Origin: Bacteroidales bacterium
GTDB lineage: Bacteria; Bacteroidota; Bacteroidia; Bacteroidales; VadinHA17
Assembly (NCBI GenBank): GCA_007132995.1
Contig: SLNP01000014.1
Location: 3,049 to 67,048, forward strand
DNA: 64,000 bases
Direction: 5' to 3'
The number at the start of each line of letters is the position of its first letter. Position 1 is the stretch's first letter. The notes beneath the pieces are model-generated. The model had not been told where the DNA came from and made no database searches. It saw only the letters and a list, made by a program, of their open reading frames with translations. This document shows, one piece after another, positions 27,412 through 37,266 of this stretch. A program made the translations under genes and the position numbers.

Positions 27412-28173
27412 ATGAGGAAAAGAGTCGTTGCAGGAAACTGGAAAATGAACCTCACTCTTAATGAGGGTGTGAACCTGACAAAAGGGCTGGTGGAAAAAGT
27501 TGATATCTCAGCCATTGATAATATAGCTGTCATCATCTGCCCCCCACACACGCACCTTCAGGTCATAAGTAAAATTGTCAAGGGCTCTGGCCTTGAAACA
27601 GGCGCTCAAAACTGCAGCCATAAAAGTGAAGGCGCTCTTACAGGAGAGGTGTCGGCAGAGATGATAAAGAGTACCGGCGCCAAATATGTTATAGTTGGTC
27701 ACTCAGAGAGACGCATACACTTTAATGAAGATAACGAGGTTCTCCTAATGAAGTGTGAAAGGGTAAAGGAGTCCGGATTAACACCAATCTTCTGCTGTGG
27801 AGAGAGCCTCTCAGAGAGAGAGAAGAACAGCCATTTCAACAGCATTAAGAGGCAACTTGAAGAGGGTCTTCTAAGGATGGATCACAGCAGCTTTTCCGGA
27901 ACCATAATAGCCTACGAGCCGGTATGGGCTATCGGAACAGGATTAACAGCTACTCCGGAGCAGGCCCGGGAGATGCACTCCTTTATCAGGGGAACTATAA
28001 GAGAGAGATATGGTGCAGAGGTAGCCGAAAACACAACTATACTTTACGGAGGGAGCTGCAAACCCACAAACGCCGCCGAACTGTTTTCCGGAGAGGATGT
28101 AGATGGGGGTCTTATAGGTGGTGCCGCACTCGATGCAGGGCAGTTTACAGGTATCATTGAGGCACTGATATAA
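27412..28173 (+). CDS. tpiA: Triose-phosphate isomerase
   Basis: Motifs VAGNWKMN, VIVGHSERR, IAYEPVWAIGTG and GGSCKP. Confidence 0.95.
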   Translation: MRKRVVAGNWKMNLTLNEGVNLTKGLVEKVDISAIDNIAVIICPPHTHLQVISKIVKGSGLETGAQNCSHKSEGALTGEVSAEMIKSTGAKYVIVGHSERRIHFNEDNEVLLMKCERVKESGLTPIFCCGESLSEREKNSHFNSIKRQLEEGLLRMDHSSFSGTIIAYEPVWAIGTGLTATPEQAREMHSFIRGTIRERYGAEVAENTTILYGGSCKPTNAAELFSGEDVDGGLIGGAALDAGQFTGIIEALI

Positions 28174-28244
28174 GCGACCCTCCCATGCCCGGGGCCCCCT
28201 GTACCAGTAGCTTATAGCAACTTTTTTTTAAAAAAACAGATACC

Positions 28245-31200
28245 ATGAGATTGCTGTTCCTTATAACTTTTTCGACTCTGCTCTGTTCGGCTGCAGTGTC
28301 GGGACAGGCATCCCGTCTGGTATCTGAAGATGAGGAGGGTTTCAAGGATGACCTCATACGATTCATGGGGGTCAATCTGACAAGTGACCAAGAGGCGGTT
28401 AAGGAGAGATTTCTGACTGTTTGGGACAGCATCGCCATGCGCACCGGGCTAAGGCAACAGCTGCACCATGTAACAAATCAGTATGCCGGAAGGGGTATGC
28501 GCCCTGCACCCGATTTTATTCGCTACATGAGAACTATAACAGCCTTTACCTCAACAGCAGAGGGCGCCGACAGGCTGAGCGGATGGCTCGGTTTGATATC
28601 GGGGGCATTGTCAAATCCCAACATAGATAACGAAGAGATTAACAGGTTTCTTGAGGCCTCTGAGCTGATTGTCAAAGAGAGGTTGCTCTTCAGGTCGGGT
28701 GCGGTAAGATGGAGGTTAAAAGTTGGCAGTTATAGTTTCGAGGCCGGAAACAGCCTTAAACTGGTTATCAGTAATGCCGATATAATATGCTATTCACAGG
28801 GCGACAGTACCGCTATATGGGGAACCTCGGGTAATTATTATCCCGGCAGCCATATATTTTACGGAGATGGCGGACGGGTCACCTGGGAAAAGGCAGGTTA
28901 TTCACCAGATCAGGTCTATGCCACTCTCCCGGATAGTTTCACAATCAACATGAGACGCAACAGCTACACCGCTGACAGCGTGTATCTTTATCACAACGGC
29001 TTCTTTGACGCTCCGGTGGCGGGAAAGTTGACCGATCAGGCCTACAGCGTTACCGGGTCTAACAGGATGAGATACCCGAAATTTGAGACATATGTGCATC
29101 AATTTGAGATTAACAACATCTATGAAGAGGTTAACTACCAGGGGGGCTTAACTTTCGAGGGTGAAGTCGTTATGGGCAACGGAACCCCTCATAACCCTGC
29201 AAGACTATCTCTCTTCCGAAACGACACACTCTATATCGTCACAAGATCGGTTCACTTCATGCTTATGCAGGAGTCAGCCAGCTCACTTGAGAGTTCAATG
29301 ACACTATACCTTGACAAGGACTCTATATATCACTCCAATCTCGGTTTCTCATACAGCAGTACAAACAGGGAGGTAAGTTTTTTCCGTACAGACAGCCCTG
29401 TTTCACGAAGCCCCTACAGCAATAGTTATCACAACATTGACATGTACTTTGAGTCATTGCAGTGGGACATGAATGAGCCACAGATAAGAATGTCAAGGGC
29501 AAGGGGTGCATCTATCGGTACCGCAAGGTTTGAGTCTCACTCCTTCTTCAGAAGAGATCAATTTGAAAGAATGCTCTATTTCGATGATGTGCACCCGCTA
29601 TACTCGTTAAGAGCATTTGCAGAGGCCTACTACTCAGAGACCTTCCCCATAGCAGAATTTGCAAGATGGCTTGGTAAACCTTATGAAAATGTTGTCTCAA
29701 TGTGTATTGAGTTATCAAACAGGGGGTTTCTCTTCTTTGACCGCTCATCAAGTGAGGTAACTATAACAGATAAAGTTGGTGACTACATCTCTTTTTTTGG
29801 CAGGGGTGTTGATTACGACATCATCTCTTTCAGCAGTGAGGTGAATGCACCACTCGACAACGCCATTCTCGATCTCAGAAACAGCAACATAACCATTAAC
29901 GGTGTACCCAGGGTCTTTCTGAGCGACTCCCAGAGTGTGGCTATATTTCCCTACAACCGGCAGATGGTACTCACCAAAGGGAGAAACTTTACTTTCGACG
30001 GTGTTGTGGCGGCCGGTCTCTTCACTATTTACGGGCACAACTTCTCTTTCAGCTACGACAGCTTTATGATCGATCTTGCAGATATAGACTCTATCAAGAT
30101 AGCCGTTGAAACAGGTCAGTATGACTGGCGTGGGAATGCTGTCATAGAGGAGATAGACAACCTCATACAGCTTGGGTCTGCTGAACTTTTCATTGATGCC
30201 CCGAATAACAAATCAGGCCTCCGGGGCCTGCGACGCTATCCAATCATAAGTACCACAACCGACTCATATATCTTTTTTGACCGGATACCAGGGTTGGAGG
30301 GGATCTATGCTCAGGATGAGTTCTACTTCAGGGTCGATCCCTTTACCTACGAAAACATTGACCGTTACAAGATAGAAGATTTAAACCTAACCGGCACTTT
30401 CCATGGCGGAGAAATAACAGGATCTTTCAACCATACGCTTATAATACAGCCTGACAACTCTCTTGGAGTATCTTATCACATACCTTCGAACGGAATTCCT
30501 ATATATGATGGCAAAGGGGTGATGTTCGATTACATTGGCATGAGCAATGAGGGAATGCGGGGAAGAGGAACAATTGAGAGACTGGGGGGGCGTACCGGTT
30601 CGGAAGAGTTCTTCTTCTACCCCGACTCAGTTATTGCAGATGCCACACAATACTCAATAACCGCATCGGAGCACCACCCCTATCCCGACCTGCTTGTAGA
30701 GGATGTGAAGATAGAGTGGCTAACCGACAGTGATGAACTATATGTATACAATACTCCGGGTAACAGATTCGACATCTACTTCAATAACACCATGCTTGAT
30801 GGTCACATAGTGCATTCGCCTGATGGCCTGGCAGGGGCAGGAGTCATAGAGCGCCCCGACTCCAGACTTATATCAGACCATCTCTATTTCTCTATATCGG
30901 AAATAAGGGCCGACTCGTCAGATTACCAGCTGATATCACCGTCAGGTGACGGCCTTGCCTTTGTGGCTGAGAATGCATCTGCAACCATAGATTTCTCCGT
31001 TAATGAAACAAGATTTAACCTCAATACAGACTCATCGCTGGTAAGATTGCCAGAGGTCGAGTTTATCTGTACCATGACTGACTTTACCTATGACATGGAG
31101 GATCAGATATTGCATATGAATCATGCAGGGGCAGCCGAATCATCACTCATATCCCCTGAAGATCTTACCGCAATAGAACCGGATGAGCTGCTATCGCCAA

Positions 31201-32726
31201 CCTTTTTCGCCACAAACAGAATCAGAGACACAATCAAGTTTCACTCCGCATCGGCATACTACAATCTGGAAAGTGATGAGATGACAGCATCGGGTATAAG
31301 CTATATTCCTGTAGCCGACGCGCTGATACAGCCTCCCGAAGGGACAATAACTGTTGGAAGAAGAGGAGTAATAAGAGAACTTAAAGGGGCAGTGATAGCG
31401 ATAAACAACCGGCACCTGCTACATTCAGGTAATATAACCATAGAGTCTGTAAGAAGCTATACCGGATCTGCAACATACAACTATATAACAGATGCCGGAG
31501 ATGTTTATCCAATATATTTTTCTGAGATAAGGGTAGACACCCTCAGATCTGGTGCCAGGGGATATGTGAGCATAGATGATCAGTTTATGCTTAACCGATG
31601 GTTCTCCTTCAATGGCGATGTAAGGCTCAACTCACTCAATGATCATCTCCTGTTCAATGGTGCTGCCGGCATTAACCACAACTGCAACACTGTTTTTACA
31701 GAAACAATAAGATTCAGGTCTGAGATTGATCCCCGGGCTGTTATGATACCTGTCAGCGACACGCCCAGAGATATAAATGAAAACATGATATTTAGCGGAA
31801 CCTATATAAACACCGACTCAACCCATATCTATCCTGCCTTTCTGTCGCGGAGAAAATCGTGGAGCGATACAGGAATAATAACTGCAGAGGGATATCTCTA
31901 TTTCGACGAATCTGCCGGCATATACAGAATTGCCGATATCTCGAGAATTGTTGACAACTCTCTTCCCGGCAACATGGTTACATTCGATCACAACTACTGT
32001 CTGCTTTACAGTGAAGGAGCCATAGACTTCGGAGCCGACTACGATCTGTTTCTCATGTCGGCAGCAGGTAACATCTCTCATGATGCCGGTGAGGGAGAGG
32101 TGAAAATCAGGTCTGTCATAGGGCTGGAGTTTCACTTCTCCGACCGGGCGCTTTCCATTATGGCAAGTGATATAAGGGGGGCGGCCGGACTGGAGGCGGT
32201 TAATATCAGAGATGACTTCAATATGAGAGGGATGGCAGATATGTTTGGAACAGAGGCAGCATCGACCATAGCAGAACAACTGGGGCTTTTCGGCACGGTT
32301 CGTAATATGCCTTCAAACTACAAAAAACAACTTCTGATAAATGATGTAACTCTTGTATGGAATGAAGAGAGCTCCTCTTTCAGGTCTACGGGCAAAATAG
32401 GCGTAGGTTTCATAGGCAATGAGGCGATAAATGTGTATATGGATGGCTATATTGAGATACAGAGAAGAAGAGCAGGAGATATGTTCGACATATATCTTAA
32501 AACTGATGACTCCAACTGGTACTACTTCTCTTATTTCAGAGGCAATTTGATGACACTCTCATCCAACAGCACCTATAACACCACTATCACAGAAGCACGC
32601 CTCCGTGACCGCAGACATCCGGAATCGACAACAAGAAGACCCTTCATCTACATGATAAGTGTTGACGACAGACTCCGCAGCTTCCTGAGAAGGATGGAAG
32701 AGGAGAATGAGGAGTACCGACAGTAA
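28245..32726 (+). CDS. Very large secreted protein of unknown function (1493 aa)
   Basis: Uninterrupted 4.5-kb ORF with signal peptide MRLLFLITFSTLLCSAAVSGQ. Composition is rich in Y/F/S/N/D/I. I recognise no catalytic or repeat motif. Confidence 0.7.
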   Translation: MRLLFLITFSTLLCSAAVSGQASRLVSEDEEGFKDDLIRFMGVNLTSDQEAVKERFLTVWDSIAMRTGLRQQLHHVTNQYAGRGMRPAPDFIRYMRTITAFTSTAEGADRLSGWLGLISGALSNPNIDNEEINRFLEASELIVKERLLFRSGAVRWRLKVGSYSFEAGNSLKLVISNADIICYSQGDSTAIWGTSGNYYPGSHIFYGDGGRVTWEKAGYSPDQVYATLPDSFTINMRRNSYTADSVYLYHNGFFDAPVAGKLTDQAYSVTGSNRMRYPKFETYVHQFEINNIYEEVNYQGGLTFEGEVVMGNGTPHNPARLSLFRNDTLYIVTRSVHFMLMQESASSLESSMTLYLDKDSIYHSNLGFSYSSTNREVSFFRTDSPVSRSPYSNSYHNIDMYFESLQWDMNEPQIRMSRARGASIGTARFESHSFFRRDQFERMLYFDDVHPLYSLRAFAEAYYSETFPIAEFARWLGKPYENVVSMCIELSNRGFLFFDRSSSEVTITDKVGDYISFFGRGVDYDIISFSSEVNAPLDNAILDLRNSNITINGVPRVFLSDSQSVAIFPYNRQMVLTKGRNFTFDGVVAAGLFTIYGHNFSFSYDSFMIDLADIDSIKIAVETGQYDWRGNAVIEEIDNLIQLGSAELFIDAPNNKSGLRGLRRYPIISTTTDSYIFFDRIPGLEGIYAQDEFYFRVDPFTYENIDRYKIEDLNLTGTFHGGEITGSFNHTLIIQPDNSLGVSYHIPSNGIPIYDGKGVMFDYIGMSNEGMRGRGTIERLGGRTGSEEFFFYPDSVIADATQYSITASEHHPYPDLLVEDVKIEWLTDSDELYVYNTPGNRFDIYFNNTMLDGHIVHSPDGLAGAGVIERPDSRLISDHLYFSISEIRADSSDYQLISPSGDGLAFVAENASATIDFSVNETRFNLNTDSSLVRLPEVEFICTMTDFTYDMEDQILHMNHAGAAESSLISPEDLTAIEPDELLSPTFFATNRIRDTIKFHSASAYYNLESDEMTASGISYIPVADALIQPPEGTITVGRRGVIRELKGAVIAINNRHLLHSGNITIESVRSYTGSATYNYITDAGDVYPIYFSEIRVDTLRSGARGYVSIDDQFMLNRWFSFNGDVRLNSLNDHLLFNGAAGINHNCNTVFTETIRFRSEIDPRAVMIPVSDTPRDINENMIFSGTYINTDSTHIYPAFLSRRKSWSDTGIITAEGYLYFDESAGIYRIADISRIVDNSLPGNMVTFDHNYCLLYSEGAIDFGADYDLFLMSAAGNISHDAGEGEVKIRSVIGLEFHFSDRALSIMASDIRGAAGLEAVNIRDDFNMRGMADMFGTEAASTIAEQLGLFGTVRNMPSNYKKQLLINDVTLVWNEESSSFRSTGKIGVGFIGNEAINVYMDGYIEIQRRRAGDMFDIYLKTDDSNWYYFSYFRGNLMTLSSNSTYNTTITEARLRDRRHPESTTRRPFIYMISVDDRLRSFLRRMEEENEEYRQ

Positions 32727-32757
32727 TATAACCACTAACAGAAACCAAAATAAGAGA

Positions 32758-33462
32758 ATGAACCTCTTCTTTATTGACCCTACCGACAATATTGAGTTTG
32801 TACTCGGCAATGATGAGTCGCACCATGCCATAAGGGTTCTTCGCCTTAGGAAGGGAGAGAGCATAACCCTTGCAGATGGTGCAGGTTATATCTACAACGC
32901 TACCATATCAGACCCATCACCCGAGGGTTGCAAGATAAAGGTTACCGATAAAAGAAGAGGCGATGATTACAGAGATTACTCTTTTCACATAGCCGTATCG
33001 CCTCTGAAAAGCAGTGATCGTTTTGAATGGTTTGTAGAGAAGGCTGTCGAAATAGGTGTTGACGAAATAACCCCATTGATATGCCACCGCTCTGTTAAAA
33101 GGGCGGTACGGAGAGATAGACTTGAGAAGATAGTTAAGGCAGCCATGAAACAGTCACTAAAGAGCAAAACAACGATAATAAACGATCCGCTCGACTTTAC
33201 AGCTTTTGTCAAGTCTACCATGTCAGATGGCATAAAGGTGATAGCCCACTGCACTAAGGGAAGCAGGGCAGATCTGTCAGAGATAATAGAGGCTGGCAGG
33301 GACATAGTATTGCTTACAGGTCCCGAAGGTGACTTTACTGAAGAGGAGGTGGATTTTGCCTGCAGACACAACTTCCAGCCTGTAACCTTGGGGCACAGCA
33401 GACTGAGAAGCGAGACAGCAGCTATAGTATCGTGTCACACCGTATATCTGGCAAATATCTGA
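32758..33462 (+). CDS. rsmE: 16S rRNA (uracil1498-N3)-methyltransferase
   Basis: Motifs MNLFFID..., PLKSSDRFEWFVEKAVEIGVDEITPL and LLTGPEGDFTEEEV...LGHSRLRSETA. ATG at 32758 rather than the track start at 32707. Confidence 0.85.
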   Translation: MNLFFIDPTDNIEFVLGNDESHHAIRVLRLRKGESITLADGAGYIYNATISDPSPEGCKIKVTDKRRGDDYRDYSFHIAVSPLKSSDRFEWFVEKAVEIGVDEITPLICHRSVKRAVRRDRLEKIVKAAMKQSLKSKTTIINDPLDFTAFVKSTMSDGIKVIAHCTKGSRADLSEIIEAGRDIVLLTGPEGDFTEEEVDFACRHNFQPVTLGHSRLRSETAAIVSCHTVYLANI

Positions 33463-33472
33463 AACAACAGTG

Positions 33473-33685
33473 TTAAAGAGAGCTGTTCCCTCTCTTGCTG
33501 ATCTTCTCCATAATCGTTGTTACAAGATGACCCGGAGCTTCTGGTACGGCAAGTGAAAGAAGGTGGATAATGTCATGATAGTGAGAGGAGAAACCCCAGG
33601 CGTCATCGAACAGATCGACAGAGCCGGCATCTATCTCAACATAAGAGATACTCCCTTTTTCTATATGGCTGACAGGCACTCTCAT
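33473..33685 (-). CDS. Hypothetical 70-aa protein downstream of the ECF sigma factor
   Basis: ATG ORF 41 nt after the sigma-factor stop. It fills an otherwise 264-bp convergent gap. No TM helix and no zinc-binding anti-sigma motif. Confidence 0.3.
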   Translation of the reverse strand: MRVPVSHIEKGSISYVEIDAGSVDLFDDAWGFSSHYHDIIHLLSLAVPEAPGHLVTTIMEKISKRGNSSL

Positions 33686-33726
33686 CCTTTACAGAATAAC
33701 GCCCGGCACCGTTCTCTTATTGCACC

Positions 33727-34314
33727 CTAAGCTGTTTTCAGATTTATTTTGTGCTCTTCCATCAGCTTACGCATATTGATAAGGGCATACCTCATGCGAC
33801 CGAGAGCCGTATTAATGCTCACTCCTGTAATATCAGCAATCTCTTTAAAAGAGAGCCCCGTGTAGTGTCTCATAATAACCACTTCACGCTGATCGGGAGG
33901 TAACATCCTTATCAATCTTCTGACATCGCTGACTACCTGTTTTTTAACAAGAGACTCCTCAATGTTGGGGTCAGAGAATTTCCTGGAGTTGAATATATCA
34001 GTCTCATAATCATCATTCGAGACAAGCCCCATCTGCTTGCTCCTTCTGAAATGATCAATTATGAGATTATGGGCAATACGCATTACCCAGGACAGGAACT
34101 TCCCGTCTTCTCTATACCTACCGGCATTAAGGCAGTTTATCACCTTCAGAAATGTCTCCTGAAAAATGTCTTCTGCAAGAGCCTGATCGCGGATATACAT
34201 CGATATGTAGCCGTAAACACGGTCTTTGTGTCTTCTTATCAGCTCTTCGGTGGAAGAGTTGTCGCCATCCATACAACCTCTGATAAGTTCCCTGTCGGAA
34301 ATCTTACTCTCCAT
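33727..34314 (-). CDS. ECF-type RNA polymerase sigma-70 family factor
   Basis: Region 2 (DIFQETFLKV...FLSWVMRIAHNLIIDHFRR) and region 4 (LPPDQREVVIMRHYTGLSFKEIADITGVSINTALGRMRYAL). Confidence 0.85.
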   Translation of the reverse strand: MESKISDRELIRGCMDGDNSSTEELIRRHKDRVYGYISMYIRDQALAEDIFQETFLKVINCLNAGRYREDGKFLSWVMRIAHNLIIDHFRRSKQMGLVSNDDYETDIFNSRKFSDPNIEESLVKKQVVSDVRRLIRMLPPDQREVVIMRHYTGLSFKEIADITGVSINTALGRMRYALINMRKLMEEHKINLKTA

Positions 34315-34427
34315 AACTCACTCTGTTAATAATTATAGAGTAGAGATGTTGTATAGGCGACCCTCCTTTATTGTTTGTTACAGACTCAATATGACAAAGA
34401 AAGGGAAAAAAAGATATCCGAAAGTAT

Positions 34428-34435
34428 TACTTTTG
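34428..34435 (+). promoter_or_regulatory. Putative -7 box (TACTTTTG) for uvrA
   Basis: tacttttg matches TAnnTTTG and lies about 30 nt upstream of the uvrA start. Confidence 0.35.
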
Positions 34436-34464
34436 GAATTTAACATAATCTTAACCGGTACTTT

Positions 34465-37266
34465 TTGGTGAACAGAGAACAGAATTACATTGAGATCAGG
34501 GGTGCCAGGGTTCACAATCTCAAGGGTATAGACCTGGATATACCAATTAACTCATTCGTTGTAATTACCGGAGTTTCAGGCTCGGGTAAATCATCGCTCG
34601 CCTTCGACACACTCTATGCCGAGGGGCAGAGGAGGTATGTGGAGAGCCTCTCATCATATGCGAGGCAGTTTCTCGGAAGAATGAATCGGCCCGATGTCGA
34701 TTTTATTGGAGGCATTCCCCCGGCAATCGCAATAGAGCAGAGGGTTAACAGTCACAATCCCCGCTCTACCGTTGGAACAACATCTGAGATATATGATTAT
34801 ATGCGCCTGCTTTTTGCCAGGGTTGGAAAAACCATATCGCCGTTTTCAGGACGGGAAGTAAAGAGATACTCGGCCGATGATGTGACAGACTTCATCGCTT
34901 TACTGCCCGGGGATACAAGAGTTGCAATCACCGCACCGGCAAATATTCCTGCCGGGGGAAAAGAGGATGAGTTTCTTGAATTCCTCAACAAGCAGGGATA
35001 TATGCGACTCGAAATCGGGGGAGATATAGTAAGAATAGATAACCTTGCGGCAGAGGGTAATCAGAAGAGGCTTATTGCAGGAAAAACCAATGTGGTTATA
35101 GACAGGATAACTGCTTCAATGGGAAAAGAAGAGACTGGAAGAGTAGCTGACTCGATAGAGACAGCCTTTCAGACCGGCAGGGGCATCTGCTCAATACTTG
35201 TTTTTAATGAGGGTGGCTTCTCCAGACACAACTTCTCGGCAAATTTCGAGGAAGATGGGACAATCTTTATAGAGCCTACCGAGCATCTTTTCAGCTTCAA
35301 TAACCCTCTTGGAGCCTGTCCCCAATGCGAAGGATACGGGAAAACCATTGGCATTGATGAAGATCTGGTTATACCGGATAAAAATCTCTCTGTTTACCAG
35401 GGTGCCGTTGCCTGCTGGAGAGGAGATTCGATGAAGAGATGGAGCGACAGGCTCATTAAGAATGCTGACCGGTTCAACTTCCCTGTGCACAGGCCCTGGT
35501 ATAAACTGACCGATCAGGAAAGGGATCTGGTATGGAATGGTAACCGCTATTTTTTTGGACTGAACGACTTCTTTCAACACCTTGAAGCTAAGAAGTATAA
35601 GATACAGTACCGCGTTCTTCTCAGCAGATACAGAGGAAAGACAACATGCCCCCTATGCAGGGGATCAAGGCTGAGAAAGGAGGCAGAGTATGTTAAGGTG
35701 GACGGCCGATCTATAACCGAACTAGCAGAGATCTCCATAGCCGATCTGTTCAGCTTCTTTGATAACTACTCGCCAAAAGATGAGGAGAGGGAGGTAGGAG
35801 TACGGATTTTAACCGAGATAAGAGAGCGACTCAGGTTTCTCCTGAATGTGGGCCTCCCCTACCTCACGCTTGCCAGGGCTTCAGCAACCCTTTCAGGGGG
35901 AGAGTCACAGCGGATAAACCTTGCAACAGCTCTGGGCAGCAGCCTTGTAGGGTCACTATACATACTAGACGAACCCAGTATAGGGCTGCACCCAAGAGAC
36001 ACTGCACTGCTGACAGAGGTACTTCATGATCTTCGCGATCTGGGAAATACCGTAGTTGTTGTTGAGCACGACGAATCTATAATACGATCGGCCGATTATA
36101 TTATAGACATGGGGCCTCTGGCAGGCAGGAATGGCGGGGAGGTAGTACTGACGGGAACCCGTGACACCATTGAGAAGGGTGACTCTCTCACCGCGGGCTA
36201 CCTCTCCGGCAAACTGAGAATTGAGGTTCCGGCTAGAAGGCGTAAATGGAACAGCTTTATAGAGATAAAAGGAGCGAGAGAGAATAACCTCAGGAATGTT
36301 GATGTAAAAGTGCCACTGCGTGTCACCACATGTATAACCGGTGTCAGTGGCTCGGGGAAGACAACTCTTATAAACGAAGTTCTCTACAGATCTCTGCTGT
36401 TCAGAATAACCGGAAACAGTAGTCTCAGGCCGGGAGAACACACAAATATCTCAGGTGATGTCGAACAACTTAAGGGCATTGAGCTTATAGACCAGAAGCC
36501 GGCAGGAAGATCGAGCAGATCAAACCCGGTAACATACCTTAAGGCCTACGATGAGATCCGCAAGCTATTTGCAAGAGAGCAATCGTCTGTACAGATGGGC
36601 CTTACCGCTTCACATTTCTCCTTTAATGTGCCCGGAGGCAGATGTGAAGAGTGCAAGGGAGATGGTATAATAAGGGTTGAGATGCAGTTTATGGCAGATG
36701 TTGAGCTTACATGCGATATATGTAACGGCAAAAGGTTTTCCACGGATGTTCTATCTGTAAAATACAATGGTTTAACTATCCTGAAGGTACTTGAGCTGAC
36801 GGTAGACGAGGCACTCACCTTCTTCTCATCACCGGATGACAAGCTGGCCCAGAAGGTGACAAAAAAGATTCGCCCTCTGGCAGATGTTGGTCTGGGATAT
36901 ATTCAGTTGGGACAATCGTCAAGCACCTTTTCTGGAGGGGAGATACAGAGACTGAAGCTGGCCTCATTTATTGGCCAGGAGAACAGAGGGGGGCATACCC
37001 TTTTTATATTTGATGAACCTACAACAGGGCTGCACTTTCACGATATCGCGAAACTGCTTGACTCAATAGATCTGCTTGTAGAGAAGGGGCACTCTGCCAT
37101 CATGATAGAACATAACCCCGAAGTTATAAAGAGCGCCGACTGGATAATTGACCTTGGTCCTGATGGAGGCAATATGGGAGGAGAGGTAATCTTTACCGGT
37201 GTACCTGAAGATATTGTCAGGTGCGACCGGTCACATACCGGCCGCTACCTGAAAGACTCTATCTGA
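34465..37266 (+). CDS. uvrA: Excinuclease ABC subunit A
   Basis: Two ABC modules (GVSGSGKSSL and GVSGSGKTTL; LSGGESQRI and FSGGEIQRL) and zinc modules (CPQCEGYG, CPLCRG, CEECKGDG, CDICNG). Non-ATG start (TTG 34465 or GTG 34468). Confidence 0.95.
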   Translation: MVNREQNYIEIRGARVHNLKGIDLDIPINSFVVITGVSGSGKSSLAFDTLYAEGQRRYVESLSSYARQFLGRMNRPDVDFIGGIPPAIAIEQRVNSHNPRSTVGTTSEIYDYMRLLFARVGKTISPFSGREVKRYSADDVTDFIALLPGDTRVAITAPANIPAGGKEDEFLEFLNKQGYMRLEIGGDIVRIDNLAAEGNQKRLIAGKTNVVIDRITASMGKEETGRVADSIETAFQTGRGICSILVFNEGGFSRHNFSANFEEDGTIFIEPTEHLFSFNNPLGACPQCEGYGKTIGIDEDLVIPDKNLSVYQGAVACWRGDSMKRWSDRLIKNADRFNFPVHRPWYKLTDQERDLVWNGNRYFFGLNDFFQHLEAKKYKIQYRVLLSRYRGKTTCPLCRGSRLRKEAEYVKVDGRSITELAEISIADLFSFFDNYSPKDEEREVGVRILTEIRERLRFLLNVGLPYLTLARASATLSGGESQRINLATALGSSLVGSLYILDEPSIGLHPRDTALLTEVLHDLRDLGNTVVVVEHDESIIRSADYIIDMGPLAGRNGGEVVLTGTRDTIEKGDSLTAGYLSGKLRIEVPARRRKWNSFIEIKGARENNLRNVDVKVPLRVTTCITGVSGSGKTTLINEVLYRSLLFRITGNSSLRPGEHTNISGDVEQLKGIELIDQKPAGRSSRSNPVTYLKAYDEIRKLFAREQSSVQMGLTASHFSFNVPGGRCEECKGDGIIRVEMQFMADVELTCDICNGKRFSTDVLSVKYNGLTILKVLELTVDEALTFFSSPDDKLAQKVTKKIRPLADVGLGYIQLGQSSSTFSGGEIQRLKLASFIGQENRGGHTLFIFDEPTTGLHFHDIAKLLDSIDLLVEKGHSAIMIEHNPEVIKSADWIIDLGPDGGNMGGEVIFTGVPEDIVRCDRSHTGRYLKDSI

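Noticed and set aside
26943-27551. 202-aa minus-strand ORF across the DoxX-like/tpiA junction
   Set aside because: It is antisense to two co-directional genes with clear motifs, and it has no domain signature.
32707-32757. N-terminal extension of rsmE overlapping the end of the 1493-aa gene
   Set aside because: The extension (MRSTDSNITTNRNQNKR) is not part of the RsmE fold. The ATG at 32758 gives the canonical MNLFFID start and removes the overlap.
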